A stretch of 64,000 nt of DNA from Marsupella aquatica (Eukaryota; Plantae; Marchantiophyta): assembly GCA_973895155.1 (NCBI GenBank), contig OZ316892.1, positions 3,289,223 through 3,353,222 of the forward strand, in the 5' to 3' direction. The stretch's first letter is position 1; every line of letters starts with the position of its first letter. The notes beneath the pieces were generated by a model that searched no databases, was not told the origin of the DNA, and was given only the letters and a program-made list of their open reading frames with translations. The position numbers were made by a program, and so were the translations under genes. Of this stretch, positions 26,144-37,210 are shown in pieces.

Positions 26144-29100
26144 TCATTCCGAAATAAGAGATCCGTATTCATCAATAATCATGTCAGCACCAAGCTCCTG
26201 TTGGATTTCAAAATTGACATCTGAAGTACTTTGTTCTACCCAATAAGGAGAAGTCCAAACAGGAGTTATGAACCCCAATTCTCCCCTCTTATACTCCTCC
26301 TTATTGAGAATTGAAGGAGCAGCTTCCAATGATATTTCTTGGCCTCGATTTGGCCCACTTTTCCACACGTAACATCGTGCGTCGCGTTCCAATGACCTCC
26401 ATCCAGTTGATCCAACTCTATTCCCTTTCTTTTTTGAGAACGGAAGGACAACAGGACTCCTCGAGTGTGAACGAACAAACACCAATTTGTCATCAGAAGC
26501 TGAAAAGAGTGTGTCAGGACAAGTTGAAGCACCTGCCTGGTTGTCAACAGCCGTTGATGCATTTCCTCCTGGATTGATGGGAATGTCAGGCAATCCGCCG
26601 GCTTCCCCACGAGTCAATTCGTTAGTTTCAGCTTCATTTGAATCTCCAAGCCTCGTTGCGCCTTCGTTGATCAGATTGGTTGAAGAAAGATGATCAAACA
26701 TATCAACCCTTGCTCCTTCCAGTTGCTCCATCTGTCCTCCCGGCGTTGTTGGATTGGGATCATCCTTGTCCAAGTTATCATCAACTTGAACTTCATGGGG
26801 CCCCGGAGGGATGTCATCTAAACCAGATGAACGGTTTGGTGCAAGTCCAATATCATCATCTACATCGTAAGGCTCACCTTGACCAACACGGTCATCCAAA
26901 TTTTTGACATATGCCTCGTCTGATGCCTCTACGCCTTTAGCCACTTTGTCAGCAACATCTTCAGACTCAGAACCGTCGGATTCAACAGCGACAGCTACAG
27001 CCGCAATAGTGGTAGCCCATTGTCGAGAATTTTCAGCAAGTGATTCACAATGGGCTTTAAGTGAGGGAACTCTCTCGCAAAGGTAGGAAGCAAAAGCTTC
27101 CACAAAATGCCTCTCGGACTGAGAGTCACAATAAACAAAGCATTCCCTATCGCAAAAAAATGATGTCTTCATGACTTGGCCACCGGAGAAAAAATCTAGA
27201 ACCAAATCTCCCGGTTCTGATAAGGATTCAATAATCCTTTGGATCATCCGCGTGGGTTTGGCATGAGGATTAACCCATCCTCCGCGACTACCAACTGTCT
27301 CAAATCGAGGGGCCATATTCATAATCTTGACGGCCTCTTCCGGGTCCAAAACCACTTTTAGGTCGTCGTTTTGTGTCCCCTCATCTGATTCCTTAGCTTT
27401 CCCCTTTCCCTTGTCGATCTTGCATACTTCATAATCAACATCCTTTGAAGTATACAAGAATTTTGGCTTTGGATAGTTGGGCTTGAAAACTTCATTCCAA
27501 TTGACGTCTTCATCTCGAGAAATCCCTGCAAAGATAACTTCTTCAATCCCTCCACCCCAACATGAGTCATGAGGGTGCGGTTGATCATCTCGTGAATAAC
27601 TCCCATACTCAATGTGAATGGTCAAAGCTTTCTCTTGTCCCAATTTACGAAGGGCACCATGGACATTCAGTGCAAGTTGTCCAGGATGAACTGTTATCGT
27701 CACCACAATCGTGGGATTTTGTGGAAGCTCCACAATGTATTCAAAGAGAACAAGAATCTCTGCTTCAGTCCACTGTTTTTGTGGAAGCCGGCTAAAATCA
27801 ACAATGGCAAGAGGGCAGGTCGGAGGAGCTTCTTGCAATGACTCTGGATCAATGGTCTTCATGAGATTGTCGCTAAAAAATGTAACCCATGGTAGGGTCC
27901 GAGAACGTGATCCTCCGCCAAATCTCTGGCAGTATATATCATCTAGGCGGAATACCAATGCCGTCGGCAAGATTGCGCTCTCCCGCGTATGATTTGGCTT
28001 TAAAAGGTTGGCAAGATAGACCTCGCCAGCGGCTCTTCGACACCTGCTGAACTCTGAATCAATTGCTAGCGTAGGAAGAACCTCAACTACTTTCCCCCAA
28101 TTAGTATTTGTCGGGAAATTCACCGCATCCTTGGTGCAATAGTAGTCTTCAATAAGGGACTTGAGTTTCCGCACGATCTTCACATCTTTGGCCAACTCCT
28201 CTATAGATGGCATGTCTGATTTATTAGAGGCATCTTTCTTTAGCAATACCTTTCCTGACTTCACCCGCGTCAGTATTCTTGTGATGTCTCGTTGTGAGAT
28301 CAACTCACCATCAAAACAACGAAACATGGCAACAGTAATTGCTTTTTCAGACTTCTCATTTCCTTCTACACCAGCTCCATCGGGAAGTTTCCCATCCAAC
28401 CACAATTGGCATACCAAACTCCATAAATCAAAAAGAGCATTGTCGGCAAACAGTAACCAGTAGACATTACGACAATCTTTCCTTCCCATGGTCATTCTTG
28501 CAAGAGCCAACCAATCCTACAATTGCAAAGGAAAGTCTGTTAGTTCTCCATAACTCAATTGTTTGAAAGCACTCAGGTGCGGACTGAGACCATCCCAATC
28601 CAACACAGAAGTAGACAGTATCAGTGGAAATATTATATTGAATGTGCATGATTTAGTTTGGACTAGGACCATCCCAATCCAAAACAAAACTAGACGGTAT
28701 CAGTGGAGAAATATTCTACTGAATGTGCATGAATCCATTTGGACTGGGACCATCCCAGTCCAACACAAAACTAGACAATATCAGTGGAAATAGTCTATTG
28801 AATGTGCATGAATCCATTTGGACTGGGACCATCCCAGTCCAACACAAAACTAGACGATATCAGTGGAAATATTCTACTGAATGTGAATGTATCCATTTGG
28901 ACTCGGACCATCTCAATCCAAGGCAAACTTGAAGCTTTGTGGTCAAAGACTACCATCTCAATTGTAATCACACATGGAGAGTCTACGGTATTGTGCCAAT
29001 CAAGCAGTAACACTTCATACCTGAAATTTTTGATTGTCTTGAGCGTTTGTTTTGTTGTCCCCATGTTTTGGCCGGCTAGGTTTTCCACATTCCACAAATT

Positions 29101-31304
29101 GCCGCCTAGCATGAACGACTGTATCTTTGAAGCATGACTGAAACACCATCGTGCTATTGATAGCATTAGATCGCATTGAATGCTCAACTAATATTGATGA
29201 TGGTGTTCGATGAGATAATATTCTTGACTTTCGAAATTCCAGCTTTTTTGCCAATGCTGTTAGCTTGGCATCCTTGTTTGCCCATTCTCGAATCCATCTG
29301 GCTGCTCTGGCTGAATGTTGACCGCTAATGGCAAGGAATTGAACCTCCCCCTTTTTCACGGCTGCTACAAAGTCCCTCCTATCTGATTCCGTGTTGTCAT
29401 ATTGCATTAGGTTTCTATGTTTTGTAGTGTAAGGAATCAAGTCTGCTATGTGTGGTTCATGCCCCGGATTTCTTATCATGGAATTGGCCACCTCCTTTAC
29501 ATGGTCTGCATTCAACATTCTGTAACAGAGTCTTGCCGACGCAGGGAAAATACTCTCTACGGGAATAGAAAATATCGAATTGATCCCAAACGTATAATAT
29601 TGCTCCATTTGTTGTAGTACCTCATTACCTTCTAAGACCTTCTTCTCCTCAGGAGCGTCCAACTGCTCGTCCATATCTTGTGAATGCACTGTCAGGTTTT
29701 CTGTAGTGTCATCCATGATGACACTGTCAATTTTCTGTTTCTTCTTTTGTCTTGGCCTCTTTTCACTTGCACTTGGCTTCTCAACCGGACGTTTCTTCTC
29801 AACTGGCTTCTCAACTTGGCTTCTCGTACTCGGCTTCTCAACTGGCTTCTGAACTCGGCTTCTCGTACTCGGCTTCTCAACCAGCTTCTCAACTGGAAGT
29901 TTCTTTTCAACCGGAGGTTTCCTTTGGCTTTGTTTTTGTTTTCCCACTGCTCTTTGAGAGGTTGCTGCTGTAGTTCCCGCGGTCTCTGTTGTAGGTTCTG
30001 GAGCTTTCTCTGGCGCCTTCTCGGGCACAGGGTTTGTATTCACCGTTGGAAGGTTTCTCGTCTTTGACAAAGATTCTATCCATTGCTTTGCTTTGACTAA
30101 ATCAAAGTTGGGATCAAATGCAACATCCTTATCAATTAAAACACCAGGCTCCTCTGACTCCAACGATAACAATCCAACTTTCTCAAGTAAATTGCTTAAC
30201 GTCCAAGTAGTTGCAAAAGAGAAATTGCCTTGGTGCTTCATCATGTTGAGTTTCAAATATTGAAACCCATACATAATGTCTACTGGAAGCATACCAGTTA
30301 CCCCGATGACCAACTTCTTTGTGTCATATGTCTTTGGAAAAAATCCCATTGACAAAACGCTCAATTCACCACTTGCGTGCCATTCGACATTGAATTCTGA
30401 GGAGTATGCCTTTGACATAAGGTTAACTTTAACCCAGCATGACCTATCGTGCATCTCCAGAATGACCGAATTCATCCCTCTCCCTCCAATGCCAACAGAG
30501 ACCACAGGTCCGCAAACCAAAGTCAGGCTATCATTTGCTCTGCACTTTAAGGTCAAAACAGGTTCAATCGTGCTTGATGGCACTTCATTATTAAGCGGGG
30601 TTCTTGAGAACTCAAGCCCCCATCGGAAGCCTGGGGATCTCTCATCTAGTAAGAATCCGTCCCGGCAGTCGGTCGGTGCAATCGCGGGTTTGAAACCAAC
30701 AAGATCGCTCCCTGCATCATAAAAACATCATCCATGTTAGACTTATTAAGTTTAAAACATTTGAATAACTCTTGTTGGATTAGGATGGTCCTAGTCCAAC
30801 TTGAGATGGTTTTAGTCTTGCTCCTACAATCGAGATTCAATCTCCTGGATGGATTAGGATCATCCGAGTCCAAGTTTGGATTGGGATCATCCGAGTCCAC
30901 GTTTGAATTAGGATCATCTGAGTCCAAGTTCGGATTGGGATGGTCCGAGTCCAACTTTGGATTGGGATCATCCGAGTCCAACTTTGGACTGGGATCATCC
31001 GAGTCCAACTTTGGATTGGGATCATCCGAGTCCATGTTTGGATTAGGATCATCTGAGTCCAAGTTCGGATTGGGATGGTCCGAGTCCAAGTTTGGATTGG
31101 GATCATCCGAGTCCAACTTTGGACTCGGATGGTCCCAGTCCTCTAAGACTTAGGGAGGATAGGTGATGGATACTTACTAGGGATTCTTGATTGAAATTGT
31201 TTGGAGTCTTCAAGTGCCAGTTCTACACTGTCGCTCATAGAGGAGAGGTCAAACTCCTCTGTTGCTTCCACGGAGGACTTCACAAGGACGCGATTCGCTT
31301 CCAT
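26144..31304 (-). CDS. Spliced ParB-like plus N4/N6 DNA-methyltransferase-like protein; exons 31304-31178, 30711-29021, 28516-26144 (1396 aa; possibly extended to the NIF exons, about 1746 aa)
   Basis: Canonical phase-compatible GT-AG introns: 31177-30712 (A|GTAAGT...ATGCAG|GG) and 29020-28517 (CAG|GTATGA...TTGTAG|GAT). ParB-like YRMLNADHVKEVANSM...FLAISGQHSARA. MTase motifs X/I NPHAKPTRMIQRIIESLSEPGDLVLDFFSGG. No stops. Confidence 0.72.
28580..28925. repeat. About 79-bp tandem repeat (about 4.5 copies) in intron 2 of the cargo gene
   Basis: Unit CAGTGGAAATATTCTACTGAATGTGCATGAATCCATTTGGACTGGGACCATCCCAGTCCAACACAAAACTAGAC. It contains the reverse complement of the 27-bp core. Confidence 0.9.
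30775..31141. repeat. 27-bp minisatellite in intron 1 of the cargo gene
   Basis: Unit TTGGATTGGGAT(GG/CA)TCCGAGTCCAA(G/C)T, about 11-12 copies. Confidence 0.93.
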
Positions 31305-32366
31305 CTTTCTGACATGTGGCAGAGTGACACGTGGCTTCTTAGCAGGCGTCCGATTTAGGGCAATGAAAAAGAATGGAGGTGGAGGCGGAAGCAGGCAGAG
31401 GCGGGGAGGCGGAGAGAGAGCGGAGAGCAAAGAGCGAGGAGAGCGAGCGAGTGAAGGCAAAGAGCAGAGAGCGGAGGCGGAGAGTGGAGAGCGTGAGCAG
31501 AGTGAGGAGCGAAAGAGTGAGAATGAGAATGAGGTCCTGGCTGGACCTCTCCGTCCCTTTACCCCCTCCTGCCTCACCCCGGCCTGCGTACGGCCGGTTG
31601 CCTCCTTCTCCTACGTACGGCCTGATAGTGCGTACGGCTTGCTCCTGCGTACGGCCCGTTGCCCGCACCCTGCATACGGGCCTCCTTCCTTGATGTCCTG
31701 CCTACCTAACAGCCTTGCACGGTAGTCCCCGCGCAATTAGGCTCGTGAAGATAAGGTGTGCCGCAAGCTAAGGTGAAGGGGTACTCAACCCTTATCTTCA
31801 CGCGATTTCCGTTTGAGCCGACTCGAGCAAAGGGTATATTTCGGGAGACGCCCACTTCGGAGCTCATTCTTGTTCTAGTTTCCCAAATCTAAGCTCCATG
31901 TAATCCGGAGTTTCTCTTAAAGTGTTATGTATTGAGCCACTTACCTTCAATGGGTCAGCTTAGCCAGCTTCTTGACTTTTGGGGTCCTCTCAGTTTATCT
32001 TTTACAGACATGTGTGGTTTAGGGTTCAGTTTGTTTTTTACTCCCAAGATTTAGTGGCATATAGCTTGTATTTCAGGGTTCTGGGAAAGTTTTTACCAAT
32101 CTACAGACAACAATGTATCCCCCTTGGATGTGATATTCATATTCTACCAGATCTTAATACTAAGGTGAGTATAAGGTTAACGCATTCAAATATAAGGCTA
32201 GGTTTCATTATTTCATGAAACTGTATGTAGACATTAGGGTCTACCTTAAGACCACGCAAACTTTAGGCTACACCATATAGGGAGATCCGTAAAATACGGA
32301 GTCTTCCTAAATTTGGAATTTTCTTAGCTTAAAATGTTTGAAGTTTATCTCCCGTTACATTATGGG

Positions 32367-33135
32367 TTGGTCTAGGATGGTCCTAGTCCAAGTTTGGATT
32401 CAGATGTGGACTAGGATCATCCGAGTCCAACTTTGCATTGGGATCATCCGAGTCCAACTTTGGATTGGGATGGTCCGAGTCCAAGTTTAAACTTGGATGG
32501 TCCAAGTCCTAGTTTGGATTGGGATGGTCCGAGTCCAAGTTTGGACTTGGATGGTCCAAGTCCTAGTTTGGATTGGGATGGTCCGAGTCCAAGTTTGGAT
32601 TAGGATGGTTCAAGTCCAACTTTGGATTGGGATGGTCCGAGTCCAAGTTTGGACTTGGATGGTCCAAGTCCTAGTTTGGATTGGGATGGTCCGAGTCCAA
32701 CTTTGGATTAGGATGGTCCGAGTCCAACTTTGGATTGGGATGGTCCGAGTCCAAGTTTGGACTTGGATGGTCCGAGTCCAAGTTTGGATTGGGATGGTCC
32801 GAGTCCAAGTTTGGATTGGGATGGTCCCAGTCCAAATCCAGAATCGGAGGATCGTACTCCAAATCTAGACTCGGAGGATTCCAGTCCAAATCCGAACTCG
32901 GATGGTCCCAATCCAAATCCATAATCGGAGGATCGTAGTCCAAATCTAGACTCAGAGGATTGCAGTCCAAATCCGGACTTGGATGGTCCCGGTCAAAATC
33001 CGGACTCGGATGGTCCTAGTCCAAATCCAGAATCAGAGGATCGTAGTCCAAATCCGGACTTGGATGGTCCCGGTCCAAATCCGGAATTGAAGGATCGTAG
33101 TCCAAATCCAGACTTTGAGGATCGCAGTCTGAATC
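32367..33135. repeat. 27-bp-family minisatellite upstream of, or intronic to, the transposase ORF
   Basis: Same unit as 30775-31141, grading into GGATCGTAGTCCAAATCC variants. Confidence 0.93.
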
Positions 33136-33175
33136 AAAATTTGCATGACTTTGGTTGTAATCCATTTTTTTCAGT

Positions 33176-36100
33176 GTGCAGGATAATAGGAAAAGGATGT
33201 CTCAAAGGTTTTCTAGGGGCGATGATGTGACCTTGACAATGGATGGTTACGACGTTGGAAATGGGACAGTTCAAAAGACAGATCCGCAAGAGAGTGTTCA
33301 AAATATTGTGCTGGGAGAGAATCGAATTGGGGTTCTCATTGAGAAGGCCTTTGGTGAGACCAGGAAGCTCCCTTTTCCAATGCCTAGGGCGGAAAATCTT
33401 CATGATGCCATTGACTCATGTGTCATTTGGGATATGTCATGTGCATATCGATCTGCGGATAAGATTACTCAAAAACGCATCAGTATTGGTAGTTGTTCGA
33501 CTCGAAAAGATAACAACATCCATAATTCTGCAAATGTACAGGAGGATGCTTCGACCACCCTAAGGCCAGGTGATGAGGTTGAAATGTTTATCTCTGGCCA
33601 TTGTGTGGCCTTTGGAGTTGTTTTCAACACTGATCCAATGGAGAGATGTCATAACATATTACTCGGTGAGTCTCGGGTTAGTGTAAAAATCACAGATGTG
33701 ATTCATGGTAGTAAGACTTTACCTTACGCACATGGTGGAGCTGCAACAATTGAAGAGGCAAAGGGCTCCTGGGTTCTATGGGATGTGGCTGACGTCCACA
33801 ATAAAGTATGGAATGTTGATATCGATGGGAGCAACAAATCTTCCTCTAAGAAGCAGAAGGACAAGGCGGATTTTGTTTCACAGTCTTGTTCGGCAAACAC
33901 CACAGACACTAAGTGTGACTATTTTCATCGGGCAAACTGGATGTCAGAGTTGGTTGAACTCTACACTGGTTTGGATCGAACCAAAATGGTTGCCACGGGA
34001 ACGATCACTGTCCCTCAAGTGATGGCGGCAGTTGATGATGAAATTCTTGGTGATGACCATGTTGGGATTGCTGTGAAAGATGTCGTGGCAGCACAATACT
34101 TTCCCAACATCCACAAGGGAGTAGTGAGTTTGATTCGATGGCGGATTGATTCAACAAAACTAGTTGCAAATGGAAAATTTTTGTCAGATATTTTGGTGGA
34201 AGGTTCTGAAAGGATGGACTCAATGGATAGGGATGAACTCAATGCGGATGTAAGTGATAGAGGAGTACTGCGTTCAAGGCCCTACAATTTTAACAAGAGG
34301 AATCAAGTAGATCCAAATGAAAAGAAGAGGAGGTTGTTGGAAACCAAGGCAATTTCAAAAACAACAGAGGCGTCAATTGATGACGTGAAAAGAGAAAATT
34401 GTTGCAAGCAAAAATGTTGTCTCATTATCCCAAGGGAAAACATCGAAGATATTAGGATGGAATTTCATGGGATGTCAAGCGAGTCAAAAACGTCACACAT
34501 TTTCAACCTCTTTCACTATAGAGAGGATGATGTTCGTGATAAGGGACACCATGTTCTTAAGGGTATGGTCGTATGCAGACATGCATTTGCAATTATCCAC
34601 GGTTTTAGCCACACCAAATATTATGATTACAAAAGGAGATATGTGGAGGGTTGCAAAATTGGGTTCCATGGCAATACGGGCTTGATGAAAACAAGGGCAA
34701 ATACCTTGCATGCACGAGCTCTGTTGGAGGCTTTTTTGACTCGAAATGCAGAGCCCATGCCTCATATGCCTTATGGAGGGGCACATGGGACAGACTCTAT
34801 TGAGTACCGTCTTCCGGCGTGTTACAAAAAGCTAGAGATTCTGGAAGATGTGAGAACAAAGATGAAGGAAGAAGGGCTTCCTCCTGTCACAGAGAATACT
34901 CTCTACAAGATCTGGAGTAACTCATTTGCAAACTTCAGTTTTCATAAAGATGGTGCATTTGCCAAGTGTACTCTTTGTTGTGAATACAAAGACAGTTTGA
35001 TGCGAGAAAGAAGGAAAAAAGAACGTGCTGAAATTGAAGAAAAACGAGCGCAACATCTTCGTGAGCAAATGTCACGTAGATATGTTTACTACGCTCATCG
35101 AGTGATGGCCAAACAACACCCAGGAGAATATCTTTGCATTATTCACGACAAGATGGATCAAGCAAAGACATGGATTCCAAAAATGGTTAGTACTCCTAAA
35201 TCTCTTTCGGGTCATGGAATGCCGCTACCTATTGCTCTCACAGGGATGTTGACCCACGGGAGGGATCCAGGAGTTTATGCACACTTTAGTGTCACTGGCC
35301 TTTGGCCAGGAGATGCCGATTTCACGGTGACATCCTTGGCTAAGTGTCTTCGAGACCTTGAAGAGTACAATGGAGACAAGACAGGTGACATGTTGGATGG
35401 CCTTCATTGGGAACCTCACAGACCTTTCTTTCAAGCCCTACTTGACTTTGAAGCATTTTTGACGGGTTATTTGGAACCAAAGAATATACCGGTGAATAGG
35501 TATATTGGTTCTGAAGATGGAGCTGAGAGTCGGACTGAGACCGTCCCAAACCAGCAAGATGAGGATGATGGAGAAGACATGCAAGGAGAGCAAGGCAGTC
35601 CATCGTTCAAGCCCTTGCCAAGGCACCTAACATTGCAGATGGATAATTCAGCAAAGGACAACAAAAACCAGACTGTCATGGCATTTTGTAGCGAGCTTGT
35701 GAGTAGAGGAGTATTTGAAACTGTTCAAATGTCTTTTCTAATGGTTGGTCATACACATGAAGATGTTGATGCACTCTTTTCAAAGGTATCATATCAAGTT
35801 CAGCACAAAGAAGTTGCAACCCTCCTTGCTCTTATGGCAGAGGTATGGGAATGCGAGAGCATTCATCCAGTTCCCAGATTGATACAAGAAGTTGCATCTT
35901 ACAAAGAATATCTTCAAACTTTCAAGGTGAAAGATATTCAAGGTCACTCAAAACCTGTATCATTTCTTTTCTCTATGAGAGATAATGTACCAATATTTCA
36001 GTATAAGTCCCATGTAAAGCAAGCTTGGGCTCCACTTGGTGGAAGGTGCATTTGGGCAACAGATCTGACAACAAATTCTCTTCTTTTACCAAGTGGAGAG

Positions 36101-36958
36101 CCCTTAGCTAAATCCATTGGAGAGATACACAAAAAATCTGAAGAGATTATCCCATTTCTTAACAAGTACCTTGATTTTTTGAGAAGGAGTTGCACTGATG
36201 AGACATCTATAGCATATAAGGAAAGATTTCCTCTTGTGAAATATTGGGAGAGAATTGTGGAGTTGTTGACAAATGGGCTCGCACTAGAAGGGGAGGGAAG
36301 TACTCAATTTCCCTTGGAAAACAGATTTTGGCCTAAGACTAACCACGGCACTGGTTACAAGGTCAACCAACCGGAACAAAGTGGTCCTCCAAGTGAAGAT
36401 GAGGAGAATGCAGAGATGACGGCTCTTCAAAATGAGGTCTTGGAAGAGATGGAAGATCAGGCAGCACCATTTGTTGGATCTCGAGCTGAGAGAGAACAAG
36501 GACGATGGATTCCTTTACAAGATATTTGTGAAGGAAACTTTGTATTTCTTCGACCCGAGGATGACTGGGAGAATAAAAATGGTGGAGGTCATTTCTGGTT
36601 GGTGAGAGCTTTGGGTTTGGTGGACCCAAAGCATGAAGTCCCAACTACATCTTCAACAAACCCTTCTCTGCCTCGACAGTACGCTCCAATGTTCCCAGTT
36701 GAATGGTGGAGGCCTAAACACTCTAGTAAACTTGATGTGACTGAGAGTGCGCGGTATCTAAATTGTTTCATGTCCACTAAGACATGGGAACGAGATCCAG
36801 GGTTTGGTGAGAATACTCAACATTGGCAGTATGCAAATTCTGCAATGTATGGTTTTAAATCTGGAATGAAAGAAGAAAACATGGCAGGCAGAGGTTTGAA
36901 GATCCCTCGAAATGTTCTACAAACTGTCCAAAATTATCTTCAAAGGATGGACAAGTAG
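33176..36958 (+). CDS. Sola-like (DUF7869-type) DDD transposase with N-terminal repeated beta-barrel domains; true start probably in an upstream exon (acceptor TGTGCAG at 33181)
   Basis: CCKQKCC, VCRHAF and CTLC...H metal-binding motifs. Catalytic-type HDKMDQ, LTLQMDNSAKDNKN and FLMVGHTHEDVDALFS. C-terminal GNFVFLRP..FWLVRA..VEWW barrel. Lies within TIRs with a 4-bp TSD. Confidence 0.85.
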   Translation: MQDNRKRMSQRFSRGDDVTLTMDGYDVGNGTVQKTDPQESVQNIVLGENRIGVLIEKAFGETRKLPFPMPRAENLHDAIDSCVIWDMSCAYRSADKITQKRISIGSCSTRKDNNIHNSANVQEDASTTLRPGDEVEMFISGHCVAFGVVFNTDPMERCHNILLGESRVSVKITDVIHGSKTLPYAHGGAATIEEAKGSWVLWDVADVHNKVWNVDIDGSNKSSSKKQKDKADFVSQSCSANTTDTKCDYFHRANWMSELVELYTGLDRTKMVATGTITVPQVMAAVDDEILGDDHVGIAVKDVVAAQYFPNIHKGVVSLIRWRIDSTKLVANGKFLSDILVEGSERMDSMDRDELNADVSDRGVLRSRPYNFNKRNQVDPNEKKRRLLETKAISKTTEASIDDVKRENCCKQKCCLIIPRENIEDIRMEFHGMSSESKTSHIFNLFHYREDDVRDKGHHVLKGMVVCRHAFAIIHGFSHTKYYDYKRRYVEGCKIGFHGNTGLMKTRANTLHARALLEAFLTRNAEPMPHMPYGGAHGTDSIEYRLPACYKKLEILEDVRTKMKEEGLPPVTENTLYKIWSNSFANFSFHKDGAFAKCTLCCEYKDSLMRERRKKERAEIEEKRAQHLREQMSRRYVYYAHRVMAKQHPGEYLCIIHDKMDQAKTWIPKMVSTPKSLSGHGMPLPIALTGMLTHGRDPGVYAHFSVTGLWPGDADFTVTSLAKCLRDLEEYNGDKTGDMLDGLHWEPHRPFFQALLDFEAFLTGYLEPKNIPVNRYIGSEDGAESRTETVPNQQDEDDGEDMQGEQGSPSFKPLPRHLTLQMDNSAKDNKNQTVMAFCSELVSRGVFETVQMSFLMVGHTHEDVDALFSKVSYQVQHKEVATLLALMAEVWECESIHPVPRLIQEVASYKEYLQTFKVKDIQGHSKPVSFLFSMRDNVPIFQYKSHVKQAWAPLGGRCIWATDLTTNSLLLPSGEPLAKSIGEIHKKSEEIIPFLNKYLDFLRRSCTDETSIAYKERFPLVKYWERIVELLTNGLALEGEGSTQFPLENRFWPKTNHGTGYKVNQPEQSGPPSEDEENAEMTALQNEVLEEMEDQAAPFVGSRAEREQGRWIPLQDICEGNFVFLRPEDDWENKNGGGHFWLVRALGLVDPKHEVPTTSSTNPSLPRQYAPMFPVEWWRPKHSSKLDVTESARYLNCFMSTKTWERDPGFGENTQHWQYANSAMYGFKSGMKEENMAGRGLKIPRNVLQTVQNYLQRMDK

Positions 36959-37210
36959 ACTTAGTTGTTAGAAGCTATAATAATTAAATAGATAGTTACT
37001 AGTTTTTATGTAACTAAGATAGTCACTCATTCAAACATAGTAATTTATGTACTAGTTATTTACTATTCTAATAGTTTTAATGTGATACTATCTCCTCATT
37101 TTCTAAACTTTTGATCATTATAAATATGAATGTTTGCTTTTTCTACATAATTAAAAATGTTTTTCTATTCATTCCTTTCTTTTAAATGATTATAATAAGA
37201 GTTGGTAGGC

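Noticed and set aside
31201-31725. Glu/Arg-rich and Ser/Leu-rich ORFs
   Set aside because: Products of a GA/CT-rich low-complexity leader. Only the MEANRV exon (31304-31178) is supported by splice phase.
28580-33135. CRISPR-like array
   Set aside because: Units are head-to-tail with no unique spacers, there are no cas genes, and the context is eukaryotic.
30646-33230. ORFs with DSDDPNPNL / GLGWSESKF / MVRVQVWIG repeats
   Set aside because: They are translations of the 27-bp minisatellite, open in several frames and on both strands. The left array lies inside a well-defined GT-AG intron.
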